Source of the DNA: Vicugna vicugna
Lineage: Eukaryota
Direction: 5' to 3'
Length of the DNA: 64,000 nucleotides
Assembly (NCBI GenBank): GCA_013265495.1
Contig: MU058423.1
Coordinates: 4,634,793 to 4,698,792 of the forward strand
Positions 12,326-24,900 of the stretch are shown in pieces. The notes below the pieces were generated by a model. It saw only the letters and a program-made list of their open reading frames with translations, made no database searches and had not been told where the DNA came from. Every line of letters begins with the position of its first letter. Within the stretch, counting starts at the first letter, position 1. A program made the position numbers and the translations under genes.

Positions 12326-15300
12326 TTAGCAGTAGAATAATGACAGGGGACAGAGGCAAATAAGAGGTCATTATTATGATGCTGTACTTTAAAAATTATC
12401 ATTATTAGTACTAGTAATAAAAATATTTGTAACAAATGTATATTTCTTTATACTATTCCAAAGACTTTCTAATTAGTCATTTCATTAGAGTTCCATGGGG
12501 GACAAGCTTAAGACTAATAATAAGAGAATTGAAACATCCTTCTCTTCCAATTCATGGAAATTAATTAAAAACCCATATCTTATGATACCTAAGTCAGAAA
12601 TAATAGTGTTGCTTATTCTTATTGTTTAATATTGAGAGAGGTATAAGAGGAGCTTGTAAATAAGTTTGGGGAACTGATGAACATGTAGAGATGGACACAG
12701 TTTACACTGGTGTTCATGCTGATTGTAAGATTCGAAACTCACCCTAAATCTTTAAATATCCTTCAAATCTGAATGTTCTAGGAGGAAAAGAGATTGTAGG
12801 TAAAGTACATAAATCAGATTCTAAATTTCAAAATAGGGAGAATAGAAGAGACAGAGAGACAGCCTAGAGAGAATGGGAGAGAGGGAGATAAATACAGATT
12901 TCCCCTGAGTTTTAGCAAACTCTTTGGACTAGTGTCATAAAATTAAATAGCTCTAATAAAAATGTTTTAAGACTACATGAAAATGAGTCCCTTTGCTCAA
13001 ATCAAACCAGTTCAAGAAAATTTAGCCCCTTTAAAGTTGACCTCATTAATTTCATGATCTTTGGATGGCACATAGCACCCCAACTGTGCAGATTAGTTTG
13101 TGTCTTTGAATCTACCGGCATCATATATCTCTGAATATTAAAAAAAAATACAGCATAGAACTCTGAACTTGTGTAATTAAAATTCAGGCGCTTGTTCAAA
13201 CAACTCTTGCATGTGAGCTATAAATAATCATTTGAGGAAAAACTTTAAAAATGAAATAGGTATAATATAGGGCAGTAATCAAGCATTTCTTTGTTAGAGA
13301 TGTTGTTCCTAAAGGTGGGGAGTGAGGAATGTTCCCTGTAAGTCGCTGGGCATGGATGTCCCTTGACATCGACAATCCACAGAGTAACAAACATCCCCAA
13401 AACCAGGATCAGTCAATATCAATTAATCCTCCTATATTTCCCATAAGCAAAAATTGGCAGTTTCTGCTGTGTTATTTTGACAGAGCAGTAATAGGTGGAT
13501 ATTTGCTGCCACCCGTTGAGTTGCCCCAGCTTGATTAATGCTACATCTGTATCCCTTATTGATAAGATGAGAGTTCATTCCAGATCTATAGACATTTCCT
13601 ATATATATAAACTCATATTCATTTTCACAATTATTGTACAATAGGCAACTTACATTACTAGACAATAGTTACACATGCCATATAGTTTTAATTGAACCAT
13701 TTTGTGGGCAGTTTTAAAACATGCTCATCAGGAAGAATGATATAACAAAAGGCAGATTTATAATCTCTGGTACCAGACTACTTGGGGCACATCAAATTGT
13801 AAGGCAGATTTTCCTTTTCATTTCTGGAATGGGTTTGGATATTTTTTGCCCACCATATGTTGGATGTAAAACTAGAAACCAGCAAGAAACGTAAACATCC
13901 CTCATGATTAGAGGTTTAAAAATTTTTGGTAGCCCTCTGATTTATATTGCTGAAGAAGTAATTCCACTCTACTGAGCAGTACATCCCTTATAACCATATG
14001 AAGTACAATTTGACTGCCTGGACTTATTCCCCTCTGATGATTCCTGTGCTCTGTGAATGATTACAGAAATGAGCAAATAGATTTGGCATGTATGGAATAA
14101 TGATGTAAGGGTTCAACCACCAAGCTATGGCCTCAGATGTATATATCAAAGTCAGACAGTTTTCTGCCAACAACTGTATCGTTAGAGTCTTGCCTTCTCC
14201 TCTCAGGAATGCATCCTATGTAAAAATTTCCTGATTCATATGGAAGGTCTAATTTTGAGGCTACAGGGTCTTTTTTTTTTTTGAGATAGAAAAGCCATCA
14301 AATTGTGTTTACAGGTGTGTATGATGATAATCTAGTATTGTGACCCCATATAGAACAAATCCAACTTGTCTGCAGGTGTAGGAAGCTATTTAATTTATTT
14401 TATTTCTTAACTGTTAGGTAAACAGGTGACTGGAAGCACGTCTCATTAACTGAAAGAAAGAACTCCAGGCACAGGCTTGGCACCGTGCTAAATGTCCTTA
14501 TATGTTGAGAGGCATTAAATACTTTTTTTCAAGCAAACTGAAAATTGCTTTTTTCCCTAATTCAGCAAAATGCTGTAATTGCCCAATAGAAAGAAAACCA
14601 TACATTATGCAATCTGCAGAATGTTAATTAAGCACTGAATGGGTTCAGATGGTTATATTTTTACTTAAGAAAAACCACTTATTTGTGATAAAGTTATGGT
14701 AGTGCAGAGATTGCAAATGGATGGCCGTTGTGTTAAGTCAGACTGATGGATCTTGTTTGTTGTGTCCCTGAGGTCTGGACCAGAGGATTCTCTATTATTT
14801 TTAAAATTCTTTAAGAGTCTTTCCTATTATAAGTCCAGATTTTCAGCTTCTCTTCAAAAAATAAAATTGGCAATACTGAGCCCCTATTCCTGCCTTGAAA
14901 CAGTAGGTTGGAGCCCCTGCTGTTCTGCCTCTCCAGACCTCTTCAGACCTCCCCTTTCCCTCACACTTTGTTAAGTCCAGGATTCTGCACGTGTTTACTT
15001 ACCTGTCAGGCTCCTGTGGAAACATATGTATTTGACCTTTATATTAAAATTTTTCCTTTTTTGTAATTTTTTCCCCTACATTTGTTTGTTATCTATAATA
15101 GTGCTTCTAAAAGCCTTAAAATCAGGGCAAGTGATTTAGATGTTTTTTCTCATCACTAATGAATAAAGAACATCTTGCATAAAATACATTAAATGTTGAA
15201 GTCAGAAAGAGTCTTTTGTCAGGATACCATGCTGTAAAGTGGTATCTTAAGTGGGCATAATGTCTCGAGTCAGCAAGGAAAGCAAGAGTTGAGTACAGGC

Positions 15301-15757
15301 AAACTTGCCCTTGAAAATCCCTTAGGGAGATGCCAAATTTGAAACTGATATACTCTCTCAATAAGTCCAGTACAGCCAAGTTTCCCCTCTAGCTTTGGAA
15401 CAGATAGATTTTCTTTTTCTTTTTTGGTTGAGCACCAGATGAAGTAATTGTATTGAATTCAGGAATCACATTATATGCAATACATATCTTTTAAAACTAG
15501 AATACGCAGAACTGCAGCAAGATGATCACTAAGAGAGCTGCGTGGGAAGTGAACTCAACAGAGGCGAAGGCAGAATCCCATTTTCCCTCTCGTGCTCACT
15601 CTGGGGCATACGCTCAGTGAGTGGAATGACAAGTGAACGGCTCATACTATTTCATTCTATGTCGCTGTCTCTCATCCCTGTTATGAGTGCATGACCTTGA
15701 ATTTGAGTACATTTGAGTTTATGCATATGATAGAAATACACTGATTCAAACTATAGG

Positions 15758-15768
15758 ATGACTCAGCA
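15758..15768 (+). promoter_or_regulatory. Consensus ARE/MARE motif (CNC-sMAF type)
   Basis: Exact ATGACTCAGCA in non-repeat-looking DNA; motif only, function unproven. Confidence 0.35.
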
Positions 15769-16096
15769 CACACTTTGATCACTTACTAAATTTTTAAAAC
15801 ATAGGACAAGTGAAATGAATAATAGAGATTTGATTTCTGATGAGAATAGTCTATAGACAGAAAATGATTAAACAATTTCAGATATTTGGTGAACCTCCTT
15901 AGTGTGTGAGGTACTTTGAGAAGAGCTGTTTGGGGTGAAGAGAGGCATAATGTGACTATCTTTATCACTGTTTTGAAGTCTCATACATTTTTCAGCCTAT
16001 ATATCTTCTTTTTTTAAATGGGAATCTGATAAAGAATGACCCATTGTTTTATTTTGACATTGAGTGCATTTAAAAGAGAAGTATATTGATCCTGGA

Positions 16097-19000
16097 GAGA
16101 GAATGGGCAAGACGGCTGAGTAGGAAGACCCTGAGCTTACCTACTCCCATAAAACACCAAAATCACAACAATTTACAGAGTAACTATTGATGAGAAAGAC
16201 TGGAAGACTACAGAAAAGATCTTCTATTACTAAAGATATAAAGAAGGAACCACATGAGATAGGACACTTTGGGTTCCCTGAGCCAGCCACCCCAGGATAC
16301 AGCCCCATGTACCATTTGGCCAATACAAGCTTTAGGACACCCTGAATCATACAGCCAGCTATGTCTAGAACTGCCTTGTCCACTGGCAGGCCAACACTAG
16401 TTCTGGGACCTCCAGCCCTTCAATCACCCACCCAGAACATGGCTCCACTCACCAGCAGGACAGCAGTAGCCCTGTGAACAACCAGGGCCCTGTAGCCAGC
16501 CATCTTGTGACCCAGCCCTGCCCACCAGCAGCCAGTAGTCTCTGCACAAGGCAGGCCCTGGCCGTCAACCTAACTGGGGGTCAGTCATGCCTACCAGACC
16601 ATCCACAGTAGTCAGTCTGCCACAACAGAAGGACCCACACAGCCCACATTAGGGGCACCCCTTGAGCATATACATCTGGTGAACATAGAGGAGAGTCCTG
16701 CTGGGATGTATGACATGTTTTCTACAAAAGGCCACATCTCCAAGGCCAGAAAATGTAACCAACCTACCAAATAGATACAGATAAAAGCAACAAAATAGGC
16801 AAAATGAGGTGACAGAGGAACGTTACAAATGAAGGAACAAAATAAACCCCAGAAGAAGAACTAAGTGGAGGTAAGAAATCTACCCTATAAGTAATTTAAG
16901 ATGGTGATCATAAAGAGGTTCAAAGGACTTGGGAGAGGATCGGGTAAAGAGAGTGAGAAGTTAGAAGTTTTTAACAAAGAGTTAGAAAATATAAAGAAGA
17001 GCCAGAGATGAAATAATACAATATCTGAAATTAAAAAAATACACCACTGGAATCAATAGTAGATTAAATGATAAGGGAGAACAGATCAGTGAGCTGGAAG
17101 ACAGAGGAGTGGAAATCACTGCAGCTGAACAGAAGGAAGAAAACAAATTAAAAAGAAATGAAAACAGCTTAACAGACCCCTGAGACAACGTCAAGCATAC
17201 TAACATACACATTATAGAGGTTCCAAGTTTACAGTGATACAAGCCTATCTCAGGAATCAGGGAAAACTTCAAATAAACAACCTAACTTTATACCTAAGAT
17301 AACTAGAGAAAGAAGAAAAAACAAAACCCAAAGTAGCAGAAGGAAAGAAATCATAAAATCAGAGAAGAAATAAATGAAACAGAGACTAAAAACAAAATAG
17401 AAAAGATCAATAAAACTAAGAGATGCTTCCCTGAAAAGATAAAAAAAATTGATAGACCTTTAGCCAGACTCATTAAGAAGAAAAGAGAGAGGGCCCAAGT
17501 CAATTAAATCAAAATGAAAAAAGAGAAGTTACAAATGACAGCACAGAAATACAGAGGATCATAAGAGATTACTATGAACAATTATATGCTGATACAATGG
17601 ACAACCTGGAAGAAATGGAGAAATTCTTAGAAAAATACAATTTCCAAAGACTGAACCAGGAAGAAAGAGAAAACATGAACAGACCAATTACTAGTAATGA
17701 GATTGAATCAGTAATCAAATAACTCCCAACAAACAAAAGTCCAGGACTGGATGGCTTCACAGGTGAATTAGAAACTGAGTTAAAACCTATACTTAAACGA
17801 TTTTTAAAAATCTCAGAGGAAGGAATGCTTCCAAACTCATTCTATGAGGCCAATATCACACTGATCCCAAAACTAGACTAAGCTATCACAAAAAAGAGAA
17901 AATTACCAGCCAATGTCACTGATGAACAATGATGCAAAAATTCTCAGTGAAATATTAGCAAACCAAATCCAACAATATATTAAAAGGATCATAAACATGA
18001 TCAAGTGGGATTTATCCCAGAGATGAAAAGATGGTTCAATACCTGCAAATCAATAAATGTGATATATGACACTAAAAAATTAATAATAAAAATCCTTTGG
18101 TCACTCAATAGATGCAGAAAAATATTTTGACAAATCTCAGTGTCCACTTGTGGTAAAAACTCTCCAGAAAGTGAGTATAGATGGGACATACCTCAACATA
18201 ATAAAGGCCATATATAATAAGCCCCGGGTAACATCTTGCTCAAAAGGAAAAGGCTGAAAGTATTTTGTCTAAGATCAGGAACAAGACAAGGATGCCCACT
18301 CTTGCCCCTTTTATTCAACATACTGTTGAAAGTCCTAGCCACAACAATCAGACAAGAAAAGAAATAAAAGGATTTCAAGTTGGAAAGAAAGAAGTAACAC
18401 TGTCACCGTTTACAGATGACATGGTACTATACATGGAAAATCCTAAAGATGCCACCAAAAAAATGACTAGAACTTATCAATGAAGTCAGGAAAGTGGCAG
18501 GATAAAAAATTTATATACAAAAATCTGTTGTGTTTCCATATACTAACAATGGACTATCAAAAAGAGAAACTAAGAAAACAATTCCATCTACAATTGTATC
18601 AAAAAATAAAATACCTAGGAATAAAGCTACCTAAGGAAGTAAAAGAACTATGAGACATTGATGAAAGAAATTGAAGGTGACACAAACGTATGGAAAGATA
18701 CATCATGTTCATGGATTGGAAGAATTAATATATGTAAAATGACCATCCTACCCAAAGCAATCTACAGATTCGGTGCAATTCCTATCCAAAATACCAGTGT
18801 TGTTTTTCAGAGAACTAGAACAAATAATTTAAAAATTTGTATGGAAACACAAAAGATCTCAAATAGCCACAACAATGTTGAGAAAGAAGAACAATGCTAA
18901 AGGAATCATGATTGCTGATTTCAAACTATACTACAAAGCTACACTTATCAAGGTAGCATGGTACCTGCACAAAAACAGACACATATGCCAATGGAGCAGA

Positions 19001-20888
19001 ATAAAGAGCCCAGAAATTAACCCACACTTATAGGGGCAATTTATCTACCACAAAGAAGGCAAGCATATACAATGGGGAGAAAACAGCCTCTTCAGTAAAT
19101 AGTGTTGGGAAAACTAGACAGGTACATATAAAAGAATCAAACTGGACAACTATCTCATGACATGAACAAAAATTAGTTCAAAATGGATTAAATATTTAAA
19201 TGTAAGACCTGCAACCATAAAACTTCTGGAAGAAGACATAAGCAGTAAGCTCTGTAATATCACTTTGATATCACTCTTAATAATATTATTTTTGGATATG
19301 TATCTGTATCCCAGGCAAGGGAAACAAAAGCAAAAAAACCAAATGGGACTACATCAAACTAAAAACCTTTTGCATAGTGAAGAAAACGATCACTAAAATG
19401 AAAAGGCTGCCACTGAATGGGATAAGATATTTGCAAACAATATATCTGATAAGGGGTTAATATCCAAAATTTATAAAGAACTCATACAACTCAACATCAA
19501 TTAAAAAAAAAACCAAACCCATCAAAATATTGGCAGAGGATCTGAATAGATACTTTTAAAAGACATACAGATGACCAACAGGCACATTAAAAAATGCTCA
19601 ACATTACTAATCATCAAGGAAATATAAGTTAAAATCACAGTGAAATATCACTTCATACCTGTCAGGATGGCTATTATCAAAAAGACAACAAATAACAAAT
19701 GTTGGCAAGAATGTTGGGAAAACAGAACCCTCATGCACTGTTGGTGGGAATGTAAATTGTTGCAGTGTCTATAGAAACTATATGAAGATTCTTCTAAAAA
19801 TTAAAAATGGAATTAACATACAAGCCAGCAACTCTACTCTTGATGTTTATCTGAAGAAATTGAAAACACTAATTAGAAAAAAAAAATATATATATATATC
19901 TCCCTGTTCAATGCAGCATTATTTACAGTAGTCAAGATATAGAAACAATGTAAGTGTCCATCAATAGATGTGTGGATAAAGACAATTGATATATATACGT
20001 AGATATACATTTTATATATCTACATATATATAATGGAGTATTACAAAGCCATAAAAACAAATGAAATATTACCATTTGCTACAACATGGGTAGACCTAAA
20101 GAGAATTACACTAAATAAAATAAGTCAGACACAGAAAGATAAATCTATATGATTTCATTTAAATGTGGAATTTAAAAAACAAAGCAAAGGAACAAACATA
20201 ACAAAACAGAAACAGAGTTACAGATATAGAGTAAAAAACAAGTGGTTACCAGAGGGGATGGAAGTGGGAGGAGAAAAGAAATAGGTGAGAGAGATTAAGA
20301 GGTGCAGATTTCCATTTATGAAATAAATGAGTCATGGGTATGACATGCCCAGTATGGGGAATATAATCAATAACTATGTAGTATCTTTGTATGCAGACAC
20401 ACTGTAATTAGACTTACTGTGCTGATCATTTTGAAATGTATAGAAATATCAAATCAATATGTTGTGTAACAGGAACTAACAATGTGTTGTAGGTCAATTC
20501 TACTTAAAAAACAAACTCATAGAAAAAGAGATCAGATTTGTAGTTACCAGAGGAGGGGTGTTGGGGGCAGGAGGAGTTAGATGAAGGCAGTCAAAATGTA
20601 CAAACTTTCAGTTATAAGATGATTAAGTACTAGGGATGTGATGTACAACATGGTAAATATAATTACCACTGCTGGATGTTATATATGAAAGTTGTTAAGA
20701 GAGTTCACAAGGAAAAAAACCTATTTGCTATTTCTTTAATTTCGTATCTATATAAGGTGATGGCTGTTCACTAAACTTGTGATAGTCAGTTCATAGTGTA
20801 TGTAAATCAAATCATTATACTGTATGCCTTGAAGTTATATAGTTCTGTATGTCCATTATATCTCATAAAACTCGGGGGAGAAAAGAAA
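16097..20888 (+). mobile_element. LINE-1 (L1MA9-like, laurasiatherian type) with 5'UTR, truncated ORF1, decayed ORF2 and 3'UTR; internally deleted
   Basis: 5'UTR starts CAAGACGGCTGAGTAGGAAGACCCTGAGC. ORF1 ATG at 16804 (MR*QRN). ORF2 motifs include [34 protein letters not shown] (the RT FADD box) and WKDTSCSWIGRINICKMTILPKAIYRF. Many stops and frameshifts. Confidence 0.97.
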
Positions 20889-21939
20889 ATCCATTGGGAG
20901 CTACTTCATGGACCTGAGTGTGTTCTTAGACAAGGGTGGGGTGTAAATACAAAAAGAAAGGGACAAATTCATATGAGATGACTAGCCATTAATTCATTTC
21001 AAATACTATGGGCTGATTGTCTTGTCATTTTCAATACCATCAGTCAAAAGAGGGATGACAACTAACATGAAAATTTTAGTCCTTTATTAGTGTGTTTCCA
21101 AAACTCTGTGTTTTGCCTTGTCATTTCTGTCAGACATGGGTATTCAAATACCTTTAAAATGTTTTTTCTGCTCTCAATAGCCCTCTTAGAAACCAATTTT
21201 AGAGAAAATTTTCTCAAATTCTCTAAACTGTTTCATAAAGCAATGATACTAAAATTTATTTTGAAGCTCCTCTATATAGATATATACATACCAATACTTG
21301 TAATACAGACCTGGAGTTCTTTCCCTACTACTGTATGTTGTCTCCTCACCTCCACCAGGCCCACATACCTATCCTTAGCTGGTGACATTACTTGAGAGTC
21401 ATCAGAAAGCCACAAGAAGACCAGTTGTTTTAATTTTCCATTTCTCATGTATACAACTATCAATGTGTACTTGGCTATGAGGCAAAACCATAACTGTGAA
21501 ATAGTATAGGCAGTAAATGTATTTCTTTGTTTCTCTGCAGATTATTTTACCTGAATATTCCATGCCCAAGACCGTAATACTATTGCTGGACATGTAATGG
21601 ATAATTGCAAGGCTTTGAATTCACTTTATTCATTCGATCTTTGCCATTTGGGGGACAAAGAATGAGTTTGAGTGCATAGAGATGTGAACACTTTGCTAGC
21701 TTCTTTCTTTCAATACTTTGTATGTTATCACTTTGTGATCTTATCAATGCCTTTGCCTAGGACTGGAACGTGTGTAATATCTTCACAATTAAGTTGGTGG
21801 TTTCTCGATGCCTTTCACAGCTGAAAGATAAGAAGCAGGAGTGATTGTCATAAAGCTATTTATTCAATTTAAAGAACCGTATTTTGTTATAAGATTATTT
21901 CTTTCTTGCTTTTCCTTGATGCTAAAATTTACTTCTCTT

Positions 21940-24900
21940 TTAATCTTTTCCTGTTTTATTGAGATAAATAACTCTTCAGCTAACATGGAGGTGCAGATGC
22001 CTCTTCAAGATAGCGATTTCATTTCCATCAGATGTATACCCAGGAGTAGAACTGGGGAATCATAGTCCTATTTTTAATTTTTTGAGGAACCTCCATAGTA
22101 CCCATACCAATTTGCATTCCCACCAAGAGTGCACAAGGGTTCCCTTTACTCAACAGCCTTGTCAGTACTTGTTAATTCTTGTCTTTTGTGTAATATCCAT
22201 CCTAACAGGTGTGAAGTGGCTTCTCACTGTGATTTTGACCAGCATTTCCCTGGTGTTTAGTGATGTTGACAACTTTTCATGTATCTGTTGGCCATTTGTA
22301 TATATTCTTTGGAAAACTATCTATTCAGTTCCTTTGCCCATTTTTAAACTGAACTGTTTGTGTATTTTTTACTGTTGAGTTGTAAGTCCCTTACATATTG
22401 TGGATATTAACTTATCAGATACTTGATTGGCAAATATTTTCTCTCATTCAGTAGGTTACCTTTTTATTTTGCTGGTTGTTTCTTTTGCTGTGCATGCTTT
22501 TTAGGGTGATGTAGTCATACTCGTTTATGTTTGCTTTTGTTGGTGGTGTTTTGGTGTCACATCCAAAAAGTCATTGCCAAAACCAACATTAAGGAGCTTT
22601 TTGCTGATGTTCTAGGAGTTTTATGATTTCAGGCCTTACATTTAGTCTTTATTACATTTTGAGTTAATCTTTACTACATTTGGTTTAAGATAGGAGTCAC
22701 GTGGCATTCTTTTGTATAAGATGTCCAGTTTTCCCATCACCATTTACTGAAGAGACTATGTTTCCTCCACTGAGGATTCTTAGTGGCTTTGTTGTCAAAT
22801 ATCTTAACCATGTATGTGTGGGTTTATTTCTTGGCTCTTGATTCTGCTTCCATTGGTCTATCTGCCTGTTTCTATGCCAGCATTATACTATTTCAATTAC
22901 TATATACTATAACTTTATATTATAGTTTGGAGTCAGGGAGTGTGATGCTTCTAGCTTTGTTCTTCTTTGTTAAGATTGCTTTGACTATTTGGGGTCTTTT
23001 GTGTTTCCATACTGATTTTAGGTCTTTGTGTTTCTATACTAATTTTCACAGAAATTTTATTTCTGTAAAAAATACTATTGGGGTTTTGACAGGGATTTTT
23101 ATTGAATATTATAGATGGCTTTGGGTATAATGGACATTTAAGTAAAATTAATTATTTCAATCTGTGAACATGAGATATCTTTCCATTTATTTGTGTCTTC
23201 TTTAGTCAATGTCTTACAGTCGGTGTTCAAATCTTCTACCACATTGGTTAAATTTATTCCTAAGTATTTACTATTTTTGATGCAATTGTGAATGGGATTG
23301 TTTTTCTTTGTTTCTTTTTGATATAGTTCATTGTTAGTGTACAAAGATACAACTGACTCTTGTATGTTTTTTGTCCTGTAGCTTTACTGAATTTGTTTAT
23401 TTGTTTTCATAGGGGTTTCTTTTTTTTTAGTAGATTCTTTAGGATTTTCTATATATAATATCATTTTTTAATATCTAAGATCTGTAGACAGAGACAGTGT
23501 TACTTTTTTCTTTTTGACTAGGATGTCCTTTATTTATTTATGTTTTCTTCTCTGATTTCTATGGCTAGGACTTTCAGTACTATGTTGAATATGAGTGGTA
23601 AGAATGACACTCTTGTCTCATTCCTGATCTTAGAGGAAAATCTTTCAAACCTTCACTATTGAGGACGATGTTAGTTGTAAATTTGTTATAGATGGCTTTT
23701 ATTATGTTCTTTCTATACCCAATTTGTTGAGAAATTTTTTTATCATCAAAGAATATTAAATTTTGTCAAATGCTTTTTCTGCATCTATTGAGATGATCGT
23801 ATGATTTTTATCTTTCTATTATTGTGATATATCAGATTTATTGATTTGCATATGTTGAGCCATTCTTGCATCCTAGGGATTAATTCAACTTGCTAATGGT
23901 ATATGATTCTTTAAGTGTGCTGTTTAATTCAATTTATTAGTATTTCATTGATAATTTTTACATCTGTATTCATCAGGAATATTGGTCTGTTGTTTTCTTT
24001 TCTCATAGAGTCCTTGCCTGGCTTTGGTATCATGGTAATCCTGGCCACATAAAATGAATTTGGAAGTGTTCTCTCCTCTTCAGTGTTTTAGAAAAGTTTG
24101 AGAAGGATTGGCATTAACTCTTCTTTGAATGTTTGGTAAAATCCACCCATGAAGTCATCTGGTCCTAGGCTTTTCTTTGTTGGGAGGTTTTGGTTAATGA
24201 TTTAATTTCATTACAATTATTAGTCTATTCAGATTTTCTGTTTCTTCATAATTCAATCTTAGTAGGTTTATGTTTCTAGGAATTTATTTGTTTCTTCTAG
24301 GTTATCCAATTTGTTCTCATATAATTGTTTTACGTAGTCATTATTATCTGTTGTATTTCTGTGGTACCAGTTGTAATGTCTCCTTTATCATTTATAAACT
24401 TCTTTGAGTCCTCTCTCCTTTTTTCGGTTTGGCTATGTAATCATTTGTGTATTTTGTTTATTTTTGCCACTTTTGTTAATCTTTTCTGTTGGTTTACTGT
24501 TCTCTGTTTTGTTCATTTCTGCTCTGATCTTTATTATTTCCTTCCTTCTGCTAACATTGGGCTTAGTTTGTTCTTATTTTTTTAGTTATTTGAGGTATGT
24601 TAGGTTGTTTATTTGAGATCTTTCTTTTTTTCTTGGTATATGTATTTATAGCTAGAAGTTTTCCTCTTAGAACTTCTTTTGCTGCATCCCATAAGCTTTA
24701 GTATGTTGTGATTCCATTTTTGCTTTTGTATCAAATTATTTTAATTTGACTTATGATTTCTTCTTTAATCCATTGATTGTTCTGCAGTGTGTTGTTTAAT
24801 TTCTCCATATTTGTGAATTTTCTAGTTTCATGCCATCATTTTTAGAAAAGCTACTTGATATAATTTCTATCTTCTTGATTTTTTGAGACTTCTTTTGTGG

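Noticed and set aside
17230..20030. Active L1 ORF2
   Set aside because: Many stops and frameshifts, and the endonuclease domain is missing.
19991..20031. 17-bp-arm hairpin ATATATACGTAGATATA...TATATCTACATATATAT
   Set aside because: Largely explained by low-complexity TA expansion within the L1 3' end.
16072..20898. Target-site duplication for the large L1 (AAAAGAGAAGTATATTG versus AAAAGAAAATCCATTG)
   Set aside because: Too degenerate and A-rich to call.
22993..23046. About 28-bp imperfect tandem duplication
   Set aside because: An ordinary old slippage event inside a dead L1; only two units.
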